NCBI GenBank assembly: GCA_040954595.2
Contig: CM082589.2
Coordinates: 4,788,213 to 4,852,212, forward strand
Direction of reading: 5' to 3'
Length of the DNA: 64,000 nucleotides
Source: Balanoglossus misakiensis
Lineage: Eukaryota; Animalia; Hemichordata
Under the pieces are notes generated by a model, which was not told the DNA's origin, did no database searches, and saw nothing but the letters and a program-made list of their open reading frames with translations. Positions 28,852 to 41,226 of this stretch are shown piece by piece; position 1 is the first letter of the stretch, and each line of letters opens with the position of its first letter. Made by a program: the position numbers and the translations under genes.

Positions 28852-29052
28852 TTAAAGTTATACGGTCACCTATATGTAAATTTAACTACAGTTACCATGG
28901 CAAAATGAGATCTAGCCAATCACAGATTTTTAGTGGGTGGCACACGCGAAAAAAAGAGCGCCACCATTTTTTCTTTAGAACACTGAAATGCTCCATTTTA
29001 GCCATATACATGTATGGGCGTATGTAAATTTGAGGTGACCATGTACTTTTAA
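28852..29052. mobile_element. Complete ~200-bp non-autonomous DNA transposon (MITE, family A), TTAA-flanked, Kolobok-like
   Basis: Left end TTAA-agttatacggtcacc; right end ggtgaccatgtactt-TTAA (reverse complement TTAA-aagtacatggtcacc). This gives imperfect ~15-bp TIRs with a TTAA duplication. A second copy starts at 51687. TTAA TSD with purine-starting TIRs fits Kolobok rather than piggyBac (CCC ends). Confidence 0.75.
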
Positions 29053-30209
29053 ATCAATCCCTCTGAGGTTTAAGAGGAAGGTCAATGGGCGCGTGGCAGT
29101 TTCAAATTCAAGTCCAAATTTCGCGAACGGTGTCTCTGACCAGTGTTGCATTCCATTCGATGGCACTTCTGCTAATTGGGGGTGGGTCAGGTTTACTCTC
29201 TCAAAGTAACGCTGCCCGCTTCATCCGCATGTAATGTCGGTGTTTATAATGTCAAGTGTGTAATAAAGCTGTCTGAAACCACGTCCAAGTATCGTCATTC
29301 ATGTGCTTACTTCTGCGCGTGTTTCGCCGACTTTGATTGCCTAATAAGTCTTGTCCTTTTTATATCCCGTACGTGGGTAACCACCGCGTTGTACGCTACA
29401 TGTAGGTCGACAGGTACAAATCTGATTATCGGACAGAGATCTGATTTCACTCTTTATAATCAGACCTGATTGTATTGATAATTCAATGAACACGTTTTAT
29501 ATGGGTCCCTCTGTCTTTCTTTTCAGCAGTCTGTAAATGCACTATCTTACATATATGTTTCAATGTTGTCAACTTAAAGGGTGGTGTCGTCTCGTCTGCG
29601 ACTGCGCGTATGGGTCCCACACGGTGCAGTTTCGGGATTATTGCGAATCGGACAATTAACATACACGATTCGACTGCTCATGCGTCTTTGGTAGTTCGTT
29701 CATAAAATTTTCTCCAGGGCTCTTGGTTTTCGAAATTTCGAGCCTGGATGTTAGCCTTCGTCATAAACACTCAACGCATGGCCGTAAAGTTGCGAATTTT
29801 CTAAAATGCAATTTCCCGGGATATTTCTGACATAAAAATGTTGAGGATGTGTACATAGCGAGATTGCATCTATTTCCATTGATTACTCGTTCATTTTACA
29901 AGCGAATAAAAGTAACGAGTTCCCCGGTCTCCAGTCTGCGCTCGCGAGAGCCGAGTTGAATTCTGACCCGGGGCTGATTGTTGAAAATTAAGTTTTCTGT
30001 TCTATTTTGGACTCGTTGCTGGTTTCAAGTTTAATGCAATCTACGCAGCCAAAGGCACAACGTGCCAATGATGGCAAGATGTATGTTCGCGGGTCAGTTG
30101 TGTTTATATCGATATATCACATAAGTATTAGCCAGAAGTGTACGAACTCCTGCTCGACCTACATTTCATTACATCCCACCTTGCCAACCCAGATGTTTTT
30201 AATAAGAGT

Positions 30210-30246
30210 TTAAGGTACATGCATAGAATGCGCCACGGGGTCAGAT
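30210..30246 (+). mobile_element. Short terminal fragment of family D with an 8-nt insertion
   Basis: TTAA-ggta[catgcata]gaatgcgccacgggg versus TTAA-gatagtacgcgcctcg (reverse complement of 18466-18485). Confidence 0.45.
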
Positions 30247-33200
30247 TGTCAGAAAAAATATAATTCTCCAAAATGCAGTACGCGCCCAATGACCTTTAAA
30301 AAGCGTGCCATGGTGAAAATTACCCCAAGAATGACGAAATAAGCGAAGTTTGCAGATACGTTGATTAAAATAAATCGCAATCGACTAAAACAGAAATGAC
30401 GATTCGTTTTAATCATACCTGCTATTCAATGTCAAAATTTTGACTTATTTATCGACTACGTTTATAAAGCTGAGTCAACCTAAGATTGACTTCTGAGTTT
30501 GCAGGTCGCTTGTGGGATATCGTCCATTAAAACAGTCATGAAAAAAAACCTCGTCGGTCGGTCGTCAGATGAATGTGTTTAAACCTCAATTTATAGCGTG
30601 CTTCAGAGTTATAAAAATGCGCAGATTTATCATCGCACGGTATTGCTGTTGAAAGCCTTGTATATCTTTGTAGCGGAATCACATACTACTCGATAAATCA
30701 TCATGTATTACCATTACAACAAAAAGCCTCTACATCCGTATATTTAACAAGTACCGTCGGTCTTCTAATATGTCTTCTGACAGAATTAGGACATCTACTG
30801 CATTTGAAATATTAAATATTTCGTGCCAAGAATATATATATTCACCGTTTGTTTAAAAAACCCACTCATAACCTTCCCGTCAAAATTTCACTTGTTCACA
30901 GTTACCCAGATGATAAAGTGAAGTGTTTGCAATTTTCATTGCCTTGAGCATGAGTTCCTTCACGTTTTCGTCGGACATGTATTTTTACAGCTGAAGTATA
31001 TCATAACGGAGCTAAACATGAGAAACGTTCTGATGTTGAAAGTGGCTAGTCTAATATATTGCGAAACAATATCGGTCGCACCGTTTTTACGTTTTCGAAG
31101 GTTACTATAAATTACCATGATAACGACCAAGCCGCAAGTTAAGGTATTACATCGATTACGGATATTTTATAGAGAAATCCCCTGCCCCCCAAGACGCTAT
31201 CGGCTCCGGTTATGTTTTTATTCAGTGACCATTTGACAACTGTTTATTCTTATAAAACCCAGAAACGCATATGATTGAGTCTTATACAGCCACACCTGGC
31301 ATGAAATGTGCATGTTAGCATAGAATAAAAACCAACCAATTAAACTGACTTCTTAACAAGTTGGTTTGTTATACTAATACAGTCATAAGAATTCCCACGC
31401 AGAATCTTTGCTTTGGCCAGCCTACTTTATACGTCTTCTCAATATTTACTAGATATATGACCTTGATGGTTAACTTTCAATACAGCTGCCACAACACCAC
31501 CATCAATTTTCTTTTTTGCGTTATCAGTCCTGAAAATCAATAATCGCAGTGCTACCAATATTGAATACTCATATTTATCAATATGCCTGCGGTTTCTCCG
31601 CGTTTATAATTGGTGTTGCAGCGGAACGTCAGGAAGTTGACATCAAACGATTGTGTAATCATGAAACCGCCGCCGTGAGTGGCCCACTGTCTTCTTCGTT
31701 TCGTCGCTTATGTGGCCGCGGGACATAATCAATAAAAATAAAAAAGAAACCTTGAATTGCCGACGTTCTAAATCTTCGAGTCTTTCACGTACGCATAGAC
31801 TACCCATACAACTGTCTCCTTTGTACTATTTCGCTTCTGAAAATACATAGTCAATAAAAAACGTGTTCAATAGGAAGATTTTTAGCTATATCGAAGAAGA
31901 GTAACGTAAAAGCACTTCATGAGAAAAATGAAGCGTTTCCAGATTCCTCGAACAAGCCTTATTCTTTAGCAAAACGTTTTCCCTTGTAACGAAAAGCCTC
32001 CGGGCTCCAGCAAAATGAAAAATAGATTATCTTGTAATTGTTCGAATACGTCTTAAATGATCTGAAATGCGATCCATTTAAATAATGTAAGTTGTTGAAG
32101 AAGATAAACGACAGGGAGACTTCTAATTGAGTGCATTTACAGTTAGATGTTGGCAACCATCATGAGAAGAGCAAACATTAGTGTATAAAGGGAGAGAAGA
32201 ACTAAGGCCGACATATCCGGAGGACATAATTATATTGAGCCCTGTCTTTTCTCCCAGAATCATTTTACAGACAAGTCCCCGGACTTATTCATTCACTCTC
32301 GTATGCCATGCATACATATATGCACGTATACATTATCGAATATGACGGCCATTTTGTTTGGTCTTTTACCTGTTCAAGATTCGTAACCGCAGATTCACCT
32401 GAGACGATTTTCAAGGCATAGACGAGAATAAAATCGGTTTTGGATTTTGTTACTGAGGAGATAATATATATGATACACTGAACAGTGACTGTTTGACGAA
32501 TGTGGCTTGAGTTAGACAGTAGTCTCTTTACAGAATATATCTTGGCTCGAAACATTCCTCCTCCCCATGACTATTTTTTTTCGTGACACGTTCATATAAA
32601 TTGCGGCATTTTGTGTAGAAAAAGTACTTTCCCCGTGACCATTAGCGAGGACGTTAACAAATGAAGCATTGATAAGATCTATTAACGCTGTTTCAGTTGG
32701 TCGATGATAACATCGTGAAGATCAAGTGAGCTGTCGTCGACGTCCGGCGACAAGTCGGCCTTGGTGGCTGTTCAAATTAGAACCGAGTTTAAGTTTTAAT
32801 ACGAAAACATTCATCACTATAATACTCACCCCCCCCCTATTTTTGTTCATTTTCACGCGTACGCGCGGCAGGATATTCAAATCTTACTGATAATGAATGA
32901 TTACGTAACACGCGAAGAACCCTCAGGTGTGTTGGCAATTCTTCCGGTGACAGACACGCACGTCACTTTTTCTCCTACACGACTGTCAAATTTGTATGTG
33001 CGAGATTTTTTAATATCTGCGCTTTGTAGCCATCTACCTGAACAGAAAACTTGAGTACTCGCATATAACAAGATTGTCTCATCCCCGACCAATCGCCAGC
33101 TGGCTTGCCATGTAGAGCAACACATTTAATGTCCAAAGTTACCAACGTTTTTTTGAAGATCGTGGATTTCTTCCATCGCTCTAATGATAGGCTTCAATGG

Positions 33201-35848
33201 CTGCCTGTTTCCTTTCACAGAATAGAGAAGTGAAACACGAAAATCATAGTGGCTTTTAATGATCAAGTATCATGATTATAGTCATTTTAAGGTGTCGATT
33301 TTATTTTTAGTCCACACGCCGGTTTCATAGAGTGAGTGCCTTGTAATTGAATGCGACCTACATTCCAAAGTGTCTCAGTACGGTGTATACCAGAATGAGC
33401 ACACTCTATATGCATGTACAGTGGGTCATCTGCAGAAAATACATGATCGGCTTTATTAAAAGAGATGCCATATCTATTCCTAATATCGAAGATTTGGATC
33501 GTTGCTCGTAAAAGTCCGATTAAATTTAAAACCGGTTCTGCAAACCAGACCGAATATCTTTTCGGCGCCCTTGAAAGGTAGAAACCCCGACGTTCAGTTT
33601 CAACATAAAAGATCCATTCCCGTTGTATGTGGGCGTGGCAGAGAGCTACTCTATAGACATGTGGATTGATGGTCAAAGATAACACCGCTGATATTAAGGC
33701 ATTTATTTTATATCCCAAAAGGTGAAAGGAAGTAATTGTTAGCTAATAAGTAAATATAGGTTATCAGTAGAGGAAGAGTGATTGACCACGCATAACTGGC
33801 AAAAATAAAAGCGTGATTCGCTGCATATACATAAAGAAGCAATTGCGAAGTGCATACTTCCAGTTTCGGCAATCGTATGTAAAATATAACAAAATGATTC
33901 AAGCTGCATGCAAAGAGAGGAAAAAGCAATTTCTGGAAATGTGGAACTTGCCTACTTTACAATTAAGAATGAACGGGCTGCAGGTTATTCAAGTAAATGT
34001 CAAGGTGCACGTCTTCCAAGTTCATTTCGTTTTGTAAAAGTCAGAACTCAGACGTCTTTGTTCACGTGCCCCCGTTTATAGGTAAATGTGCTTTTAGCAC
34101 CCGCTTATCGCAGCACGAGACAGAAGCCACATACTGGTGTACAGTTTTCCTCAGCTTGGAGTCATTAAGATGTTATTATCAGAGGTCATTAAGTACATTA
34201 GCTTCTTGGTATGGTCAAATCCTTATTAAATATGCCAGTTGATTTTCACTTAACAAACCTACACGTGACAGGGCAATGAACGCCCGCAGCGGCAGTATTC
34301 TTCAGAAGTTGTTTTGTTGTTCTTAGCAGCCGACAAATTAAATTTAATTTGCTTTTTTAATGCTTATTTTAATTATTTTTAAAGCTAAAACAGTGAAATA
34401 CTGTGTTGCCTGTATTCACTGTATTTTTTTACATTTAATAGTTTTTCTCTCTGGGCTGATTTCTTTTCGTGATGAAATACACTCTCTTCGCTTCGAGCAC
34501 TCGATAGGTGATATTGACCTACATGTATTTCTGAAAAGAGCAGTACTCCACTGCACTCCTGCGAGATCTATCTGGTTAACAAATCCGTGCAGTGCATTTA
34601 AGTCATTGTGACTGCGGGTGTGTGTTTCAGTGACGGCACCCCGTGGTGGACATCATATGCACAATTCCTGGAACTTGTAAATCCATTAGCACATTTCGTC
34701 ACGGTCATGTGTTCATTGTATTTAATGCACATATTATGCCAAACTTTGCTTGAAGGTGTGTGCTTCGTTCCTGAATACACGCAAATATGTGCGTGCGTGC
34801 ACGAGTGTCAGGTTGCTTGTCGGCGTCAGGTTGCACATCTGATAAGACACGGGTTCTCCGAATGTTCCTTCAAGACAAGAAACACGAAAAGAGCCCGGGT
34901 CGTGGGTTGCTGTACTCTACTGTACTCAAGCATGTTTGAACAAGTTTCTCAAAACTCGGCATGCATGTGGCTGTTTGGGGGGTGGCATTTGCCGTGGGCT
35001 GTTACAAGAACGTGTTGAGAAACCCCGCGAAAACACTGACGAACGTGAACAAATTCACGTTTGTACGCGTCGCGTCGTGACAATATCGAGATTCATCTTC
35101 TACGGCGTTATAATTAGGCCCCTGTCCTGTTCGATATATTGTCAATTTGCCCTTGAAAATTGAAATCATGTTTGCAAATCATCGCAAATGGCCTACTTCT
35201 GCCGACGAATTGTAAGGTTTGGAGGACTATCATTTTTCATGAATATCCGTCCCGAGGCAAATGTTAAACTAAAACAGCGGTTTTGATGCAACCAATTGTT
35301 ATTACGCAGCTGTGAATGTGTAAGAACATTAAGTTGTTTACACGACTGTTTTTCTTAACTTTATGGTTTCTGAGCACACCCTTGCATAGCACACTACACA
35401 CTGATTTGTGTGGCAAGACACTATAGCGCTTGGGGATGGCGTTTACTCGTCTATATCAAGCTCGTGATAAGTAAATATTTAGGCATCCAAACGCCACGCT
35501 GCTCTGTGTATTGTTGGCTTCACTTGGGTTATTCCATTTCGGGAAGTGCATACATTTAACGCCCGCATCAGGTTACTCAAGTCAGCCCTACTAATTAAAT
35601 GTCAATGAGACTTTGAGTCTATCAGCAAATCACCTGAAAGCAAATCCAAATCTGGCCCACGGCTTATTTACAGTTCCCTTTAGACACGATTTTGTGTATA
35701 GGGGAGGGAGATTATTGGGTGTCAGGAACTGTTCTTCTCTTGTGTGACATTTGAGGAAAACATTGAATACTGTTGTGACATGCATGTGACACGGAAAACA
35801 CTGTTAAGCTACTCTTTCTCTTTTGTGTTTCACGTTTGGCAAAAAATT

Positions 35849-35995
35849 TACTCAAAATGCATATATCCCCAACTCGTGTGCGAAATATGATCCTAGGTCC
35901 TTGTGACTGTGCGATTCTATTAATCCTTGTAGAACAAGACACGGGACAGATTACTAAAAGAGCGATCCGTGTGGTGTCCTTTAAAAACCTACACA
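35849..35995 (+). mobile_element. Possible decayed LINE ORF2 remnant
   Basis: YSKCIYPQLVC followed (frameshifted) by KRAIRVVSF resembles L2/CR1 Y.S.I.P.L.Y...QKRAIRII. Confidence 0.27.
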
Positions 35996-36194
35996 AATAG
36001 GGTAATGGGGCCTTCTCCTTAATTCCAGTCCCCACTACGTCAGAACTGACCTTTATTTGTAGCATATTGCAATTTTTTTCAGCCATGATGGAAAGTTCCA
36101 CTGGTGTGAACAATCCTTGTGTTCCCCTAGTTTACAGTCTATACTCCATCAGGAAACGATAAGCTACGCGTTTTCAGTTTAAAATTTGTGTTTC

Positions 36195-36241
<47 letters not shown>

Positions 36242-36314
36242 CGATGATGATGATGATGATGATGGTGGTGGGGGTGGTGGTGGTGGTGGTAGTGGTGGTG
36301 GTGGTTGTTGTTGT
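36195..36314. repeat. Compound microsatellite (GAT)~23-(GGT)~14-(TGT)3
   Basis: Read directly; one GAC interruption in the GAT block and two interruptions in the GGT block. Confidence 0.95.
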
Positions 36315-36978
36315 GTTAAACTTTGACAGTAACATGTCTGTATTGTCCACACCCTGAGGTAGTTGCAACAGCCAGCATAATTCAAAAGGGCCAAGTCTGA
36401 GTATCAGAACGTTATCATACCAAGCATCAGTGGCAAGCTGGAGACGTGATCAAACTTCTACATGCCACTTCTCTCTATCACGCCCATAGGCAAAAAATTG
36501 AAATGTCGTTTGCCTTTAAGAACTGTAAGATATCAGCCGGTATCGAATATTAGCCGTTGAGATGAGTTAAGGATCCTTCTCGTCCAATAATTGCCTGTTC
36601 TATCTGACAGCACGTTTTTGCATGGGCGTATTGAATGGGCCTTCGGGTATCAATGTTCAAAGGGCATCCGTGTTTTTACCAACAAGTTGTTACGTTCTTT
36701 TCCTGTCCATCCCACGGGACGCACCACGTTTAATATCCTTCATATTCCGGGCGTTTAATATTTGTTTTTGCGTTCTGGATTGAAAAAACATGTAAGTGTG
36801 ACGTCACCCCTGGCTGCAAAAAGAGCTACCCAATAAGATAAACATGTTCAACGAATAACTGTTCTGTCATGATGGTATTTATTTATAGTTGTATATTTGC
36901 ACAGCAATGTAACCGAGAGGTGCTGACTCCTTAATTCGCACTAACAGTTGTGTGTTCACATCAGGTATATTTGTATAC

Positions 36979-36980
<2 letters not shown>

Positions 36981-37016
<36 letters not shown>
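36981..37016. repeat. (GT)18 microsatellite
   Basis: Read directly from the sequence. Confidence 0.95.
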
Positions 37017-37017
<1 letters not shown>

Positions 37018-37535
37018 ATGATACCACTCGATGCTTAAACCAGCAGCGTACCACGAGCTATTATCATCATTCGCCAACTGTTATAACGAGTGTGGCCCCG
37101 GGGCTTGCCGAGTAATTTGTTTTTCTACGCTTCGGTAATAAGACAGGCTATGCGATCTTGTGGAAGTCAATCGACACTGATATCTGACGCTTTTGGTGGT
37201 TCATTATAGCGTTGTTTGCGGGATCCATAAGGTATAAACAGCCCCCTGATTCAATGTTCATATTCAGGTGCAATTCTACGATAACCGTAAGTCTATTACC
37301 AGCGTATCACGTTTTATTCAGGGAATTCTCACTTCTTGACACAATCTCGTATACATGTCATGGTAACAAGGGAGGAGGACATGGGTCGTATTAACCTATA
37401 AATTACTGTTGGTATGCGGGGGTAGATTTAAGACTATAGTTTGCCCCATGAAATCATTAGGGTAGACGTTCATATAAATCCCAAAATGGTTAAGGCATGT
37501 GTTCAAATCGGATTTATCATTTAATGGAAACGCAC

Positions 37536-37620
37536 TGGCTATAGCAAGCCGTGTCCACGATAATTAACCATGTCTCGTGAGATATCGCAATGAGCGAGAA
37601 ATCATCTATTATCGCACAGT
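37536..37620 (+). repeat. Repeat family B, copy 3
   Basis: taattaaccatgtctcgtgagatatcgcaatgagcgagaaatcatctat matches taattagccaagtctcgcgatatatcgcaatgagcggaaaatcatctat at 52759-52807. Confidence 0.75.
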
Positions 37621-38182
37621 TGATAATGCAGCATCGAGATATTGGATAAGAAAACTAACACTAACGGCGAGAATGCTCTCTCCCGTTTATAGACACTAAA
37701 TTGGAAGGCGTGCGTCGAAATCCCTGTAGATCTCTCTGTGGCGTAATTATCGCTAAACGCCTTACCCGGATAATAGGCATTTGTGATATCTGGTTAAGGA
37801 AGAAACATATATCACTGCGAGCAGCTAATTGCCACTAGCATCTGTAGTGTCTCCCGGATTGATGGATTGCCGTCACGATATGCATGGCCACAACGAAAAT
37901 TAATTAATGTTTGTCGTAAAGAATATTAACAGGGTCGCTCTCCTGGGAAATTATGTGTTGTGTGTCTCGCATTGCCAAATGTGGATTTCTTACGTTGTTT
38001 GGGGCGGGGAAAGCGTTTTCTGTGCTTTATACTTTGAGGTTGTGAGTTATTGTTTCTTTAAAGCTGCTAAGTACTGTCGTAGCCTTAGGAGCGCCGTCGT
38101 ACGATACTCTTCCGTATCTATACAGTACGCATAGTTCCAAACACGGCTGACACGCACAAGCTCACGTGTGTCCGCACCTACC

Positions 38183-38260
<78 letters not shown>
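38183..38260. repeat. (TGA)26 microsatellite
   Basis: Read directly; uninterrupted. Confidence 0.95.
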
Positions 38261-39960
38261 GAGTTTTTTTTGGTGAAACAGTAAAGCTGAATAATACCTG
38301 TTTTTAACGTGTGTTGCCATTTCCCTTAATTAAACTGAAACGCTCACCTGGCAGATGTAAATTAAATTACAAATTTCAACTGGACCTTGTTTCAAAAACA
38401 TCTCCGAGGCATGGTTTTATTGGAAACCACGCGATTGAACATTGCCGAATGGAGACGCAGACCGAATCTAATAGAACCTCATGCATCATTTCTGTTGAGA
38501 TCGAAAGCCTGTAACGACCGACAAAGGTCAGAACGTTAATACCGGGAAAATTTGATAATAAACATTCATAAGAAGTGTTTTGTTATCGGAAAATGACGGT
38601 TAAGTAAGGCTTTCCCGGGTTAAACACTGGAAGCAAACATCGCGTTAAGCAAGCAATCTCATCGAGGTGAATTGGGTCATCTAATTCCACGTGAATTCTA
38701 TCGTGAATGCCCGTCCATCCCAATCACCGTGTCCTTTACACGTACACTGAGAGAAAGAGAGTTCTTCTGACCTCATTGGAGACAGCTCCATTGAATATTA
38801 CTTTACATTCAGTGGGGAAAAACTCAAGTTGCACGAAAGTTGTTTACCACACAAACCATTTCGTCCGAATTTGACATCAACAGTTTTCATCGTCAATTCC
38901 GACGAATGACCGATGTTTTCGACGGAATGTCGTTTCTGTACTATCCGCCCTTGACGAATTGAAGAATAGAAAGGGGTTTGCACGTGGAACGACACGAGAT
39001 GTGGCATCAAAACAGGTCAAATAATAATCATTGTTCAAGGAAAACAATTTACCAGTACCAAGAAAAAGTAGAGATAAAAAGATAATTACAATGGGACCGT
39101 CACGAACCGTTGATAAATAATGGTACAGGTATCCGGAATTAGTGAGTGTACCTCAAACTCTGTCACGACAGTTGTTTCGCTAATAAGCTGTGTTTCACTC
39201 CAAACCCCACATGCGAGTCCAAACGTCACTTGAAAAGATAGGAGATTTTGGGATTTTAAAACTGAAATCGTCCCTTTTGTCATACAGCTTAATAAACATA
39301 ATTGTATTGTGTCCAACTAAATAGATCAAGATATGCCACCGAGCCCGCACTTCTTGGAAGTCGTTTCTGTAATGTCCAAGTCGCCTGGATAGATGGGGTG
39401 GAGGTAATAAGATATACAAGGATTGATCACTCTCGCGAGATCATCAGTACATGTATATCTATAGGTGCGTTTACATCCACGTTTGTGCAGAGAGTGTGAA
39501 GTCAAGTGGTGAACAGTTTGTACCCATAGGAATGCCTATATCGTTTGCCTACATGTCATTTCGGCAAATTTGATAAATCTGTCGTCAGTTAGGAAGTTTA
39601 CTCTCTTAATGACTTCTTCACCAGTGCATTTACGTTTGTCATCGTTGTCGTTACTACAATATATCGAGTTTCGATTACTGACAATATACATTTATTCCTA
39701 CGGCTGTCCTGCTCGTGAAGGAAAGCCTGCTTCATCAGAAATGATAGCCTAGCTTCCTATAGTAAGGCATGTGCGATGGCTATGTACAGTGTAGGACGGA
39801 AATTAATTTGTCGGATAATAATAAGAAAATGTCAAGGATTTAATCAAAGTTTACGATTGCTATAAATATAATCTAGTTTACAGTACCAGGGTCTCTCAGC
39901 AAAAAGGTGCACCTGGATGGACTGAGATGTAACGCGGGTAGCTGTTTAAAAACGTGTTCT

Positions 39961-40060
39961 GCCCCCCGCCCCGCCCCCGCTAGAATATGAATTCAAACGC
40001 AATCAGTGTATCTTTGATAATTAGTATAAAAACATTTCAAAAACATTTCACGTCACTTGA
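39961..40060 (+). promoter_or_regulatory. Putative core promoter of the GPCR gene (GC boxes, TATA, Inr)
   Basis: Overlapping CCCCGCCCC boxes at 39961-39980. TATAAAAA at 40025-40032. Inr-like GTCACT with its A at 40055, 30 nt after the first T of TATA. CpG-rich sequence follows. Confidence 0.6.
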
Positions 40061-40495
40061 GCGAAAGATAAGACGTCAGCTTTGCTGTTTGAAGAAATTC
40101 TAAAATTTCAAGTGTCGCCGTAGCATGGCGCATTATTCAACAGACGCATTAAACCACAAACTAGAGCGCGATTTTCACGTTTAAACCCGAGAACGAATGG
40201 CTCTGGCGTCATTTGCGCGTCAAAAGTCGCCCTGAAAATGCGTCGAAGACTCTAGTTCTGTGGACAAATAACCGCTTTCCTGTTTCTCCAATCGCCACCC
40301 ACACCGCCACGATAAGACTGCGACTGTGTACCTCATAAACATATTACCCAGGGTTCTTGGCGCAATTCTTATTCCTACTACACCGTTGAGCTTATCGGAT
40401 TGTGTTTGTACGCCTGCCGATCACAACCGTGCCTTCGACTTAGACAGACCTTAACTCTATACCATCATTTCGTGCACTCGACGTTTTTTTCCATG
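40055..40495 (+). other. Putative non-coding exon 1 (5' UTR) of the GPCR
   Basis: Runs from the predicted TSS to donor ATG|GTAAGG (40495/40496). An alternative donor GAG|GTACGT lies at 40539/40540. Confidence 0.45.
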
Positions 40496-40620
40496 GTAAG
40501 GTGGAATTTGATGTATAATGATTATTCAGCTATTCTGAGGTACGTCACTAACTAGGTATTGTACCTTATTTTGTATTTAAGTGAAATTTACCGATTTTTA
40601 TTTTCTTCATTGTCACACAG

Positions 40621-40680
40621 AAGCGAAGAGATTTAAGGGATCTCTATACAGAGAAGGATACGTGGGTTGTCTAGGACGAT
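40621..40680 (+). other. Putative 60-nt non-coding exon 2 (5' UTR) of the GPCR
   Basis: Preceded by a long pyrimidine tract and acceptor (atttttattttcttcattgtcacacag, ending 40620) and followed by GTAAGT at 40681. Confidence 0.55.
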
Positions 40681-41190
40681 GTAAGTACATAAATTTCTCC
40701 GCATCATTCCGCAGCGAGGATTTTATCATATTTGGGTGATCAAATAGCATGTGTAAACCGAGGGCGTTGAGTGTCCATGCATTTTCCTTTGTCTTGTGCG
40801 TGGTTGCAACTTTTTTGCCAATATGCATTTTTCTTGTCAGTACGTCGTCACAAGGTGCTTCGCTTGAGAGACTTGTCACCTTAAAGGCGTTATCTTCTGC
40901 GATATGCCATATTCGTGTAAAGTAGGTTTCAATGACCTAGTGTCGTGAGTGATTTCGTATGTTTCGTGATTTTTTTTATCAGACAGAGGCTATAACGATT
41001 TTCTAGGACGGGTCTGATTCAGTGCACCATAGCATTAAGTGTCGGGCAGTTGGCATGTGGACAGGATCGCCGGTGTTGTAGTATTGTACGCGTATGCGCC
41101 AACACTCACGTGATGTGTAAGTTTATGGTAAAGTGCCGCAAGTTCGAATACTGTGAACGTGTATTTAAAGCAATGCATCAGTTAAACGAG

Positions 41191-41226
41191 TGTTGTGTTG
41201 ATTTGCAGTCTTCAGAAGAACTCTAA
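41191..41226 (+). other. Splice acceptor and 5' UTR part of the first coding exon
   Basis: tgttgtgttgatttgcag ends at 41208; a second CAG ends at 41215; ATG at 41227. Confidence 0.55.

Noticed and set aside
31661-31680. ATGAAACCGCCGCC|GTGAGT as another first exon
   Set aside because: Only a donor-like hexamer in a small CpG patch; no other support.
36174-36394. ORFs with poly-T/I and poly-P/S tracts
   Set aside because: Translations of the compound microsatellite.
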